Positions 49,476 to 62,565 of a stretch of DNA of 64,000 nt are shown piece by piece. Where the stretch lies: the NCBI RefSeq assembly GCF_028641065.1, contig NC_073392.1, forward strand, positions 38,006,001-38,070,000, written 5' to 3'. The DNA comes from Leucoraja erinacea. Its lineage: Eukaryota. The notes under the pieces were generated by a model, which did no database searches, was not told the origin of the DNA, and saw nothing but the letters and a program-made list of their open reading frames with translations. The position numbers and the translations under genes are program-made. Position 1 is the stretch's first letter. Each line of letters starts with the position of its first letter.

Positions 49476-50880
49476 TATCCTGCACTCTGTTCTTCTTCTT
49501 TTCCTCTTTTGCACTACCTGGCATACTCATGCATGGTGTGCATGAGGTTTTTCAATGTATTTTGATACAAGAGAATGATAAACCATTTCCTTTTAAGACA
49601 AATCAAATCAGTGGAATTTTGCTAAATTAGCTTAAATCTCACCAGCACCCTATGAATTTATACTTGTATCATAAATTTGATTGAGGACGGCTCATATTTC
49701 TTGAGGACAGTCCATATATCTTGAGGAGAGTCAATGGAAATTTATGGGATATATGAATTATTGTTAGAAACGGCTGAGGTACTGGAAAGCTGGACGGCAG
49801 CTAATGTTGTGCCTTTATTTAAGTGCCTTTTTAATTGCCTTTTGGTGTTTTTTTAAAGCTTCCTCATCCTCTATCTTCCTGCTAATAATATTATAGGCCT
49901 CTTACTTTTATGGTGTCTTTGAATTCCTTCTTCAGCCACAGTCACCTCATTCTCCCCTTAAAATCTTTCTTCCACTTTGGCTTGAAAAGAATCTGTGTCT
50001 TCAGAATTACTCCCAGAAATTTCTGCCATTGCAGCTACACCGTCATTCCTGCTGAGGTCCCTTTCCAATCAACTTTAGCCAGCAACTCCCTAATGCCTAT
50101 GTAGTTACCTTTACTCAACAGTAATACCAACACATCTTCTCACTCTCAAACTGCAGGTTGAATTTTCTCATATTATGGTCAATACCTCCGAAGGTTTTTC
50201 TTTACCTTAAGCTCCCAAATCAAATCCAATTTGTTACACAGCACCAAATCCAGATTTGCCCTATTTGGCTCAACCCCAAGCTACTCTATGTAGACAGCTC
50301 GGTGGCATTCTACAAGGATCTGGGCCAAACGCGGGGATGTGGGACTATTGTAGATGGAGCATCTTGGTCGGTGTGGGCAAGTTGGGCCGAAGGCTGCTTC
50401 CATGCTTATGACACTAAGACTCCAAATGTCACCTATGTTCTCTGTAGAAGCTGCCTGACCCACTAAGTTACTCCAGCAGTTTGTGCCTTTATTTTGTAAA
50501 CTAGTATCTGCAGTTCCTTGTTTCTACTGTTCCTTAGCCTCTACCTCTCTTGCAGAGTTGCATATTTAAACAGTTTAGTATTTAGCCATTGTAGACATGT
50601 CATGAATTTCCAAGTGTTTAAATGATTTTTCAAATTTAAGTGGTAAATTCTTTTGCATCATTGTTCTGCACCATGTTGTTCGTTTGCTTCAAATGCTTTT
50701 TAATGCATAGTGCATAGATTAGCATTTACAATAAATCGGGCTGGTATTCATGTTTATACACGAGCTTTATGCTCAGTGCTTGTGGTCAAATCTGGTCATG
50801 ATGTTTTAACAACAAATACTTTTTCTATCCTAATTTTGCTCTTTTAATCAATCTCCTAAAGATCATTCTGTTATGTAATC

Positions 50881-51150
50881 TACAATACAATACAATACAA
50901 TACAATTTTATTTGTCATTTGAACCTCGTTGAGGTCCAAATGAAATGTTGTTTCTGCAGTCATACATACAAAAAAAAAGACCCAAGACACAACATAATTT
51001 ACACAGACATCCATCACAGCGCATCTCCTCCTCGCTGTGATGGAAGGCAAAAACGTATCTCTCCCCTGCACTCCCCTCTCCCCCTCGATGTCAGAGTCAG
51101 TCAAAGCCCCCGGCGGGCGATGGTAATTGTCCCGCGGCCATTAACGCCGT
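50881..51150 (-). mobile_element. LINE 3' end with (ATTGT)n tail (Rex1-like)
   Basis: (TACAA)5 followed by TTTTATTTGTCATT, which is a polyA-like signal plus short-repeat tail on the minus strand. Confidence 0.5.
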
Positions 51151-51741
51151 TAATCTGCCTCTATAATTAGTCACTTTGGCCTTTTGTCCATTTCATTTGT
51201 CATAATGTTCTCAGAGTCATGAGAGATTTTTTATACATTTAAAAACAAATTCTCCTGACTCTCCTGACTGACCTTCTAGCTCTAGGTCACCCTTAACATT
51301 CTAGAATAGTCTGTGCCTCTATCATTGTACATTAATATTGAAAACAGTGTTTTAATCTCTGCAAGTTATGTCTGCAGTATTCCAAATGCATTCCTTACAA
51401 TGCTCATCCATCTCAGTGTCGTGTAAACAACCCTTCTATGTTTTTTTTTTGCTGTAATTATTGATTTATATTAAATTATTCACTTCATTTTGGGACTTTG
51501 TAACTTTGACTATCAGTAAAAAAAGACACAGTAAACTCAGCGGGTCAGGCAGAATCTCTGGGGAACTTGGACAGGTGATGTTTTGGGTCAGGTCCCTTCT
51601 TCAGACTGATTGAGGTGGGAGGAGAGAGGAAACTGGAAGAGAGGTGGAGATGGTGGTGCAGCGTCTGTCACAGCCTGACAGCACCAGGTTACTCGGGTGT
51701 TTCCGGGTGCTCGGCTTTCCTCCCATATTCCAAAGTCGTTC

Positions 51742-52292
51742 ACAAGTTACAGGAATAGAATTAGGACATTCGGCCCATCGAGTCTACCCAACCATTCAAT
51801 CATGGATGATCACTACCTCCTAATCCCATTTTCCTGTCTTCCCCCCATAACCCTTGAAACCCGTTCTAATCATGAATTTGTCTATCTCTGCCTTAAAAAT
51901 ATCCACTGAATTGGCCTCTCCTCTGTGACAATGAGTTCCATAGATTAACTACCCTCTGACTAAAGAAGTTCCTCCTCATCTCCTTTCTAAAAGAGCGCAC
52001 TTTAACTTTGAGACCTCTGATCCTAAACTCTCCCACAAGTGGAAACATCCTTTCCACATCCACTCTATCTATTCCTTTCATTATTCTGTATTTTTCAATG
52101 AGGTTCCACTTCAACCTCCTAAATTCCAGCGAGTAGAGGCCCAGTGTAGTCAAATGCTCATCATATGGTAACCCACTCATTCCTGGAATCATTCTTGTAA
52201 ACCTCCTCTGGAACCCTCTCCAGAGCACAGCAAATCCTTCCTCAGATATGGGGCCCAAATTTGCTCACAGTACTCCAAATGCAGCCTGACCA
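51742..52292 (-). mobile_element. CR1 LINE 3' region
   Basis: LVRLHLEYC.QIWAP, QRRFTRMIPGM...FFSQRVVNLWNSL. Confidence 0.88.
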
Positions 52293-52799
52293 GATGCAGG
52301 TTGCAGGTTAATTGGCTTCTGTAAATTGCCCCTTGTGTGTAGGATATAACTAGTCTATGGGTGATCACTGGTTGGCACAGATTCAGTGAGCCAAAGGGCC
52401 TGTTTCCACACAATATCTGCTAAACAAAATGAAAACTAATAATTAATAACTAATCCCTAATTAGTAATACTAATCATAGATTCACCAATGAGTTCAAACA
52501 CAACAAACTCATCACACTGCACACAATCCAAAAGGCATCCATCTAAATGTCACAACATTCTTTTTCAAAATATCTCTGTCTCCCCAATCTCTATTTGTGG
52601 CTTAAATATGTATACATTTCAGATGGCACTGTGTAGTAGTAATTTTATAATTTCTCCTCTTCTGTCATATTGGTAACAAATAGTTTTACCAGTACTAGGC
52701 GGGTGCCTGTCAAGATTTCTAACAATAAAATTGTTGCCTTCCATTAACATCTTGCTATCACCTTCATCCTCTTCCTCAATTTCAGACGTGCTATTTATT

Positions 52800-53640
52800 G
52801 AACCATGTAGCATGGAAAAAGGCCCTCCGGCCAATCTTGTCCATGCTGCCCATATAAGCTAGTCACATTTATCCACATTTTGCCAATATCCCTCTGAATC
52901 TTCCCTCTGCATACAGCTGTCCAAATGTATTTTAAATGTTTTATTGTACCCGCCTCAACTGTTTCCTCTGGCAGCTCAATCTATATACCCATCAGTCTGT
53001 GTGAAAGGTTCCCTTCGGGTTCCTATTAAATCATTACCCTCTCGCCTTAAACCTATGCCCTCTGTTTCTTGAATTCTGTCCCCTGGGAATAAAACTCTGA
53101 ATTCACCTTATCTATTCCCCTCATGATTTTTTGAACCTCCATAAGACCACCTCCCAACCTCCTGCACTCCAAGCAATAAAGTCCTAGCCTGCCCAACCTC
53201 TTGTATACCTCAGGCCCTTGAGTCCTGCTAACCTTCTCGGAAATCTCTGTACTCTTTCCATCTTAATGGTATTTTTTCTACAGCAGGGTGAGCAAAGCTG
53301 AACACAGCACTCCAAGTGTGGCCTCACCAAAGTGTTGTGCACTGTAACACCATGTCCCAACTTCTGTACCTTACTCCCCGACTGATGAAGGCCACCGTGC
53401 CACAAGCCTTCTTCACCACCTTATCCATCTGTGAATGCACTTGAAGGGAATTATATATTTGTGCTCTGAGATTACTGTGCTCTACAACACTCCGAGGGAC
53501 CTCATCGTTCACCGTTAAGGTTTTGCCCTAGTTTGACTTACCTCACTCCTCACACCAATCTTAAATAACTATGTTTGCCATTATTCAACCCACTTGCCCA
53601 GCTGTTGAAGATCTCGTTGCAATCCATGCTAACCATCTTC
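52800..53640 (-). mobile_element. CR1 LINE 3' region
   Basis: TLVRPHLECCVQLCSP...ERVQR. Confidence 0.85.
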
Positions 53641-54269
53641 CTTTATTCAGAAAAACACCCATTCTTTCAAAGTACAAAGTTGTTGTAGCCTCTGAAATTT
53701 TGAATGTACCTAGTCTGGGCCTGTGCTGCCATTTCCTTCTCTCTCCTTTTTTGAGCAGCTAAAGAGCTGATCTGTTGCTAGCAATTAATTTTGCATGCAC
53801 AAGCCTTTCCTCAGTTCACTACAATTGATCTTGAATTTCCCAAACTCACCCTATCAACACAAAACGATCGTCACTTTGATTACTATAATTCTTTGCTATA
53901 TCGTCCATATTACCAGTCAGTACATGGTCTCTACAGAGTACCAACATCCAATGAGGACTGTATGCAGAGTGTACCGACTAATACATATGAAACAGACAAA
54001 ATAAAACAAGTATCAAATTCAGAGGCAAAAAAAAGTATCAAAGAACAAAAAAAGTATCAAAGAACTATCACAGAACAACAGAAACAATGAAACTAACAGA
54101 AATAACGAGTCCCCTGAAGTTTATGGCCAGCATCGTAAAACAAGTGCCACGGAGATAGGTGGATTTGTTGATTGTGTAGACTTCAATCAACAAAACCTTC
54201 TCTTCACTGACCACCAGCTCAAGACACATCTTTGCTGTGTGCTCAGTCCCCTGCTCTATTCTCTTTATA

Positions 54270-55640
54270 CCCATGGCTGTGTAGCCAGTCACAACTCTAA
54301 TGCCATCTTAAAATTTGCCGCCAACGTTACTGTCATTGGGTCCACTTGACCAGTCAGAGTGCTGGAGGGAGATCGATACTTCAGGAGAGGAAAGATGAGA
54401 GTCCATACGTGTAGGAAGGAACTACAGATGCTGGTATAAACCGACGATAGACACACAATACAGACTGAAGAAGTGTCTCGACCCAAAACGTCATCCATTC
54501 TTCTCATTCCAAAGATGCTGCCTGTCCTGCTGAGTTACTCTAGCATTTTATGTCTATTTGAGGGACCATACACCTGCCTTCGCTGGCGGGGCAGAGGTGG
54601 AGCGAGTCATCAACTTCAAGCTCCTGAGCTTGGACATCTCTGATGATCTTTCTTGGGCCCAGCACATTGGTGCAAATACAAAGAAAATGTCCACCGAGGT
54701 TTGATAATTATTTGGCGCCCAGCAAATATGCACGCCCAGCTATTAATTTTTTGATCCTCTCCACCTGTAAACAGGATTGTGGGTCCTCATCCTTCCCCTA
54801 GCAAAGTCCACAATCAGTTCCTTGGCTTTACTGATGTTGAGAGCCAGCTTGGTGTGCTGGCACCATTTGGTCAGGTAAAGTACAGGAAGTACAAAATATA
54901 GGAAGGAGATAGAGAGCTTCGTAATATGATATCAAGACAACAATCTCTCCCTCAATGTCTACAAGATGAAGGAGCTTATTGAGTTTAGGATGCATGGTGG
55001 AGTACATACCCCAATCAGCATCAATCAGCTGATGTGGAAATGTTGAGACCGTCAAGTTCCATCACATATCAACAACAATCTGCCCTGGACCAACCACATT
55101 GAAGCTACAGCCAAAAAAGCTTACCAACGTCTCGACCTCCTGAGACCAATAAGGAAGTTTGGCATGTACCAGCTTCTAAAATGCACCATAGAAAGCATAC
55201 TATCCGATTACATCACAGCTTGGTTTGAGAACAACTCTGCCCAAGACCACGAGATATTGCAGAGACTTGTGGATGTAGCCTGCTCCTTCACACATACCCA
55301 CTCTCCACCATTGACTCCATCTACATTTCATGCTGTCTCGGGAACGTAATCAAGGACCGTTTTCACCCGGTCATTCCCTCTTCTCCCTTCTTCTATCAGG
55401 TAGAAGGTATAGAAAGCTTGAAAGCACGTAGCACAAAACTTAGGAACAGCTTTATCTCTTCTATTCTCAGAATCTTCAAACATTTCTCCCATCAGCTTGG
55501 GTGTAGTACTGATTTTCCAATGCAGACATGGGACTATTTCCTCAGGTTGTGTAATGCTACAATGCTGCAAAACTATTTTCTGCACTCGGGTATTTTTCTT
55601 CCCATAGCTTTACCCGTGATATTTCTGTATGACTTAATTG
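54270..55640 (+). mobile_element. Fragmented Rex1/Babar-type LINE remnants (with a short inverted piece at about 54740-54870)
   Basis: KFAANVTVIG, KCTIESILSDYITAWFENNSAQDHEILQRLV and RNSF remnants. Confidence 0.7.
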
Positions 55641-55689
55641 TGTTCATGTTTACTTTTTCTCTGTATCTTGGCCCAATCTCTCCCTTAAC

Positions 55690-56140
55690 GCCTTTTAGTC
55701 GTGGCAGCATCCTTGTGAATCTTCTCTCGATTCTTTCCAGCTTGATAACATATTTTCTAAAGCAGGGTAACCAAAACTGAACACTATCTTCCAAATGTAG
55801 CTTCATTTTGTTGTCTTGTCCAACTGTAAAATACCAACCCTACTTCTATACTCAATACGGTGCCTGATGAAGGCCAATATGCCGAAAGCCTTCTCGACCA
55901 CCCTATCTCCCTGTGATACCACTTTCAAGGAAAGTACCTGTGTTCCTAGATCCCTCTTCTCTACAACACTCCCCCGGGCCGTGTGATTCACTGGGAAGGT
56001 CCTGCCCGGCTTTGACTTTCCAAAATGTATCACTTCAAAGCATCTGCATTAAATTCCATTCACCATTTCTCAGCCCACTTGCCCAACTGATCAAGATCTT
56101 GTTGTAATTTTGAATACCCATCCGCACAATACCACCTACA
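55690..56140 (-). mobile_element. CR1 LINE RT fragment
   Basis: IHFGKS...EKRDLG...DRVVEKAFGILAFI; LHLEDSVQFWLP...ERRFTRMLP. Confidence 0.8.
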
Positions 56141-56744
56141 CAGAGCTCCACCAGATTGAGGAAACTAAAGGCTTAGTGTTTTAAAGATCTCTAATATCAA
56201 ATAATGCTGCAAACATTTTGACATGCATTCTTAAGTGACATGTTATTGTTTTCTGTGATGCATTGCAAATTATTACCATATCTGTGGTAAAGTGTGCATG
56301 AAAATGTGAGCCATTACATAGGACTTTATTATTGGTCAAAGACCTAATGCACTTTGAAGCCAAGGCTAGATATAATTCAATAAAGCTTCCTTAATGAACA
56401 ATGATGAACGACTTGTAATTTTGAGGGAATTGGAAAATCTGGATCTCCCACACGCCAAACCATGCTGACCATCCCTTGGTTTCCTGGTCCTTCAAAATAG
56501 TCAAATGGAATTTAAACTAATCAGTCCCTGTCTAGCCAAATGCATCTATATCTTATCCCTTAGAATCCTCTCCACTAATCCACCTACCACCGATATTAGG
56601 TTCACTGTATAGTTCCCAGGGTTTTCCTTGCAGCCCTTCTTAAATAAAGGTACAACTTTAGCCACCCTCCAGTCTTCCGGCACCTCTCTGGCTTCTAATG
56701 ATAATTTATATATTCCCTAATATGGACTCTCCTCTAGATATAGG

Positions 56745-57312
56745 TTTCAAGGGTTCAAGGTCAGTTTATTGTGGTCAAGAAGTTTATTGTGGTCAAGAAA
56801 ATAGTAGTTGAACCACCCGCAGTCGGGGCGATCGAAGCCTCCGCGTTGGGCTGATCAAAGCTCCCATGTCGGAGCGATTGAAGGTCCCACATCGGGGTGG
56901 TCTAAGCACCTGCGGCTTGGAGCTCCCGAAGTCGGTCTCTGACCAGAAGTCTCAAGCTCTACGTTGTTAAAGTCCGCGGGCTCCCGCAATTGGAGCTCAG
57001 ATGTCGATCCCTGGCAAAGGGATCACGGGTTCCACGATGGTAAGTCTGCAGGCTCCCACGGTAGAGCTCCCGAAGTCGGTCTCCAACAAAGGTCGCCAAC
57101 TCCTTGATGTTAGGCCGCAGTGCGGACGGAGATACGACATGGTAACAATTGCATCTCCGTAGAGGTAGGAGATTAGAGAAAGATTCCCCCAAACCCCTCC
57201 CCACCCCACGTCCCACATAAACAAGCTAAGGAACACTAAAACATACATTTAGCACATACAGACAAATGACAAAAGAAAGAAGGGACAGACAAACTGTTGG
57301 CAAGGCAGCCAT
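56745..57312 (-). mobile_element. LINE 3' UTR fragment (Rex1-like tail)
   Basis: TTCAAGGGTTCAAGGTCAGTTTATTGT tail orientation, with internal GAGCTCCCGAAGTCGGTCTC repeats. Confidence 0.45.
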
Positions 57313-57484
57313 TGGACCATCCTCAATCAAATTTATGATACAAGCTTTGCTATAACTTAATAGGGTTCTGGTGAGACCACACATGGTGCTTTTGGTTTCA
57401 TAATTTAAGAAAGGATATGCTTGCATTAGCAACATTTCACTGATTTGAATTCTGGAATGAAGGAGCTGTCTTATAAGGAAATGC

Positions 57485-58230
57485 AATGGTATTGGTTTAT
57501 CATTGTCATGTATGAAAATACAATGGAAAAACTTCATGCGTACTATGCATGAGTATGTCAGGTAATGCAAACGAGAAAATGAAACAGAACAGAGTGCAGA
57601 ATATACTATTCCAGCTGCAGAGAAAGTGCAGAAGTAGATTGGAAGATCGGGGAATTCACTCCTAGCTTCAGAAGTCTGATGGCAGCAAGAAAGAAACTTT
57701 TCTTGAATCAGGTGATATATCCTTTCAAGCTTTTGTACCATCTCCCCAACGGGGTAGAAGAGAGAATGATGGGAATGTGAGCGGTCCTTGATTATATTAG
57801 TTGCTTTCTCATGGTAGCATGGTATAGATGGAGTCAATGTGCAGAGGCTGATTTGGGTGATGGACGACACTGTGTTCACAACTCCTTGTGATTTTGGGCT
57901 GAACTGTTGCCATATCAAGCTGTGATGCAGCTGGTTTGGATGCTTTCTTTGGTGCATCTGTAGAAATTGGTTAATCATTGGAGACATCCTGAATTTCCTT
58001 CGCCTTAGGAAGTAGAGGTATAGGTGTGCTTTGTTGACCATAATGTCAATGTGCTTGGATGAGGACACATTATTGGTGATACTTGTATTTGGAAACCTGA
58101 AGCTCTCGACTATCTCCACTTCAGCACCATTGATATAGTCTGGGGAATGTATTCCATCCCGCTTCCCATCAATGACCAGCTCCTTCATTATGCTGACATT
58201 GAGACAGAGAGAGATTGTCGTCTTGCCACC
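57485..58230 (-). mobile_element. Rex1/Babar-type LINE remnant
   Basis: KELVIDGKR...INGAEVEIVESFRF...KAHLYLYFLRR...IIKDRSHSHHSLF. Confidence 0.75.
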
Positions 58231-59447
58231 ATGTTGAGCAGATTGAACCTAATGGAGTTGAGAAGAATGAGAGGTCATGGAAGTATATCAGATTCTGGCG
58301 AGGTAGATACTGTAGGATATTGGAGGCATAGTTACACATTTAGAACAGAAATTAGGGAGAACTCTTTCTCAGAGAGCCAATGTGAAACAACACCAATTTT
58401 AGATCTCCTCACAAAGTGAAAAATCCTCATTATCTCGCCAAGTTCACTCAGAACCTTTCAAAGAACTCTCATTATTTAAACACAGCATCTTCCTTTTCTC
58501 TCTGCAGAAGGGTGAGCAAATGTGTTTGAGGATGTGAACTGTGATGTTTTATAAGAGTTGGAAACTCATAGAGGGTTTTCATTTTGCAGGGGACTGAACA
58601 GGAAGCATAAGGCATTCAGCCTGATTTGATGAATGCATACAGTGAAATGTTAGCAGAAGTAGGCTGTGTTGCATATTGAGAGAAAGCAATGCTCTTAATG
58701 GAATGGGTAGGAAGGAACTGCAGATGCTGGTTTAAACCGAAAATAGTCACAAAATACTGGAGTAACAGCGGGACAGGCAGCATCTCTGGAGAGAGGGATG
58801 GGTGATGTTTCAGGTCGAGACCCTTCTTCAGACCCTTCTTCTTCACTGAAGAAGGGTCCCGACAAACAGCTGGAATATTCTGCATTGACATAATCTTGCT
58901 TCCTTAAATGTATTTCAACTTGTTAATTTTAGATTTCCTCTATTCAGACAATGATTCCACTTCTCCCACTTAACCCTCCTTCTGAACCAACCTTTTTCCT
59001 TTTGCACTTACACCTCTTTTATTTTGCAAATCATTCATTTTTGCCTTCTGATCTTTCATAACCTTTACCCCATTACAAATGTTGTGGCTTGTCTCCCACC
59101 CTCGTCCTCCCCTTTAACATTCAGACCGTTCACCTTTAACATTTCCCAACTCTGACTGAAGGTCATAGATTTGAAACCTTTCCACTCTTGCTTTCTCCAT
59201 AGTTGCTGCCAGATCTAAGTGTTTCCAATATTTTCTATTGTTATCTTGAAAGAATTCTGGCTTAATCTGTATAATCCTGCAATGTGCACTTAAAACCTAT
59301 TACTTCAATTATGGTTTTGGACATTTAAACTGTTAATTGTTGCAACTGAATAATTATATGATACGTAATAAAGTAGATTAGTACTGAATTGTAAACTGAG
59401 AATTTAAGCCATTTCAAACAGTGTAAAATTAGGATTGTTAATCCTCG

Positions 59448-59846
59448 CTAGAATTCAGAAGATTGAGGGGGGATCTTATAGAAACTTATAAAATTCTTAA
59501 GGGGTTGGACAGGCTAGATGCAGGAAGATTGTTCCCGATGTTGGGTAAGTCCAGAACAAGGGGTCACAGTTTAAGGATAAGGGGGGAAATCTTTTAGGAC
59601 CGAGATGAGAAAAACATTTTTCACAGAGAGTGGTGAATCTCTGGAATTTCTGCCACAGAAGGTAGTTGAGGCAAGTTCATTGACTATATTTAAGAGGGAG
59701 TTAGATGTGGCCCTTGTGGCTAAAGGGATCAGGGGGTATGGAGAGAAAGCAGGTACAGGATACTGAGTTGGATGATCAGCCATGATCATATTGAATGGCG
59801 GACTCGAAGGGCCTACTCCTGCACCTATTTTCTATGTTTCTATGTT
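59448..59846 (+). mobile_element. Young CR1 LINE 3' end ending about 55 bp before the large exon
   Basis: LEFRRLRGDLIETYKILKGLDRLDAGRLFPMLGKSRTRGHS and a TTTCTATG tail. Confidence 0.92.
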
Positions 59847-59902
59847 AAATAAAGCGCAAATGTGCTTTCAAACCTGGTAACTAGGTTATTTGTCTTTTCC
59901 AG

Positions 59903-61194
59903 GTGGAGATGCTTGAGCGTAAATATGGAGGACGTTTCATAACGAGACATGCGGCTCGAACCATTCAGACAGCATTCCGCCAGTATCAAATGAACAAAAA
60001 CTTTGAAAGACTGAGAAGTTCTATGTCTGAGAATCGCATGTCCAGACGCATTGTTTTGTCCAATATGAGAATGCAGTTTTCCTTTGAAGGACCTGAGAAA
60101 GTCCACAGCTCATTTTTTGAGGGGAAACAGATGTCTATGACTGATGATGCAGGAAAATTAGGAGCTATCGTTCAATCAGATTGTGAAGATCTCGGAGATT
60201 CAGCAGTGATGAAGTCTCCAGCTAATAACAACGATTTTGCAGATGCAATAACTGAGCTTGAGGATGCATTCTCAAGGCAAGTAAAATCACTTGCAGAATC
60301 AATTGATGACGCACTAAACTGCCGCACCTTGCACACTGATGATGGGCATCCTACTGAGCAGGCCAAACGTTATAAAGAAAATATGCAAAAGGATGAAGAG
60401 ATGGACAGTATATCTTATGCTAAATCTCTTCATGAAGCTGAACGCAGAAAGTTGGATGACATGTCTGCGTCGTACAGTGATGTCACTCTGTATATAGATG
60501 AGGAAGAGCTTTCTCCTCCACTCCCGGTATCGTTACATTCTGTGGATAGGCCATCCAGCACAGAATCAGATTTACGTCTCCGTTCAATAAATTCTGCCCA
60601 GGAATACTGGTCCATGACCCACAGGGATGACAAACTGGACACGGATACAAGCTGCAGGAGCACCCCTTCCTTAGAGTGTCAGGAGGCGAGGCTTCGTATT
60701 GATCACCTCCCTTTGCTAACGATTGAGCCGCCCAGCGATAGTTCAGTGGATTTAAGTGACCGTTCAGAAAGAGGCTCGCTAAAGAGACAAAATGCCTACG
60801 AGCAAAATCCCAATAGCCAGCGTGGAAGTCCCAAACACATAACACACATATCACATTCAATACCCACTAGAATACACCATCGTGATGAAGAATCTGCTCG
60901 CCATCGACCACGTCAGATTGACAGCCATCTTGCTATAAACGGTTCAGCAAATCGACAAAGCAAATCAGAGTCTGACTTTTCCGATGGGGATAATGACAGT
61001 ATCAATAGCACTTCCAATTCCAATGATACGATAAACTGCAGCTCAGAATCCTCATCCAGAGATAGTTTACGAGAACAAACTTTGAGCAAACAAACATATC
61101 ACAAGGAAACACGAAACAGCTGGGATTCGCCTGCATTTAGCAATGATATCATAAGGAAACGCCACTACCGTATTGGTCTAAACCTCTTCAATAA
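59903..61194 (+). CDS. IQSEC1: IQSEC1 large coding exon (1292 nt): IQ motif, Ser-rich linker, start of Sec7 domain
   Basis: Acceptor TTTTCCAG|GTG and donor AA|GTATGT (phase 2). VEMLERKYGG, IQ motif RHAARTIQTAFRQYQMNKNF (about 59945-60004), and ...RKRHYRIGLNLFN(K) at the Sec7 start. The ORF-track tail after FNK is intronic read-through. Confidence 0.97.
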
Positions 61195-61751
61195 GTATGT
61201 TGTTTTTACTTATCTTTCCATCTCACATTTTGCTCAAATTCTGATGTTGATCTGTGAAATTTAAAGCTGCCCCTTTATTGCTTTTTGATTGAGCAACGGG
61301 CCCATATTTGAAAGGGTATTTGTTAATTATAGTCTTGACTTAGGGAAGTGGAAAATGGTCATCTTGTGAGAAAAAGGAGAAAGGTGTGAATGCTTAGCTT
61401 TTCAAACTTAAACTTTCATGTATTTTTCTGATGTATTATCTTTAATACCTCCGAGTTTAAAATCAAACAATTTTAGGATGTTTCAAATAACAATTTCAAA
61501 ATGATCAGAATGTGTGAATGAGTATCAAACAAATCCTATATTAAGCTTTATTCTTTCTCTTTGCCTTATTTAATATCATTTAATGAAATGTCCATAGTTA
61601 TTGGAGACATTTTGGCCTATGAGGCTTTGCAGCTGCCAGAATCTTCAGTTATACAACAGGGTTTCTACTCCTGGCAACAATAATATGCAGGGGAGCCTCC
61701 TGTTATTTGTCCAGAGCCCCAGGAAATGTTAATCTCTCATAAGGTGTGGAA

Positions 61752-62035
61752 TTTAGTTTAGTTTAGAGGTACAGCATGTAAACAGGCCCATCGGCCCACT
61801 AAATCCGCACTGACCAACAATCTCCTGTGCCCCAGTTTTATCCTACACACTACGGGCAATTTTACAGAACCTACAAACCTGCACCTCTTTGGAACGTGGG
61901 AGGAAACCGGAGCACCCGGAGAAAACCCACGCTATCACAGGGAGAACTTACGAACATCGCACAGATAGCATCCATAGTCAGGAGTGAACCCAGGTCTCTG
62001 GCGCTGTAAGGCATCAACACTACCACTGTGCCACT
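61752..62035 (-). mobile_element. HE1/V-SINE
   Basis: (TTTAG)n, AAACAGGCCC and GTGGGAGGAAACCGGAGCACCCGGAGAAAACCCAC in antisense. Confidence 0.88.
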
Positions 62036-62536
62036 CTGCTGCCCTGCTGCCCTAAGCTACAGATTGGTGCATTTTCTATTAGGGTAGATCTTCTTAATAA
62101 AAAACTGTTCTCCTCTGGCTTTTACGTAGTTAGCAAGTCATGTCCTCCCAACACAGGGAAGGTTCTGTCTCTCAGTCAGTTGATTGCTGAACCCTGGACA
62201 TTGGTGATCCACCATGGACAGTCCAACAGAGGAAGAAGCATCTTCCGCTGACTTCCCTGCACTAAACTGGATAAAATACTTGCTGAAAACCCCAGGTCAA
62301 TTAATTCCAAGAATATTAACTGGCTACAGTCAGAAGATAGAATACAAACTAACTTTTTATGTTGAATTCACTTAAGTGTAACAGTATTTAGTATACTTGT
62401 TATTTTGTTCATTTTAAATTATTTGAAATCTATTTTTCAGTCTATATTTCATTTGTTTCCAATATTTAAAACAAAATCAAAGATATTAACAAACATTTTG
62501 GTTCAATTGACAGTTTTGGCAACTAGTACATTGTGT

Positions 62537-62565
62537 CTGAAGAAGGGTCTTGAACCCGAAACATC
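62537..62565 (+). ncRNA. Minimal type-I hammerhead ribozyme-like motif in a Penelope-derived unit (62535-62668)
   Basis: CUGAAGA-A-GGGU(CUUGA)ACCC-GAAAC-AUC. Core nucleotides and stem II are intact; stem I is short and there is no helix III loop. Confidence 0.55.

Noticed and set aside
57226-58188. 320-aa ORF
   Set aside because: A chance open frame through frameshifted Rex1 and CR1 remnants.
61195-61264. ORF-track extension YVVFTYLS... and the similar extension at 49072-49122
   Set aside because: Intronic read-through past canonical GT donors.
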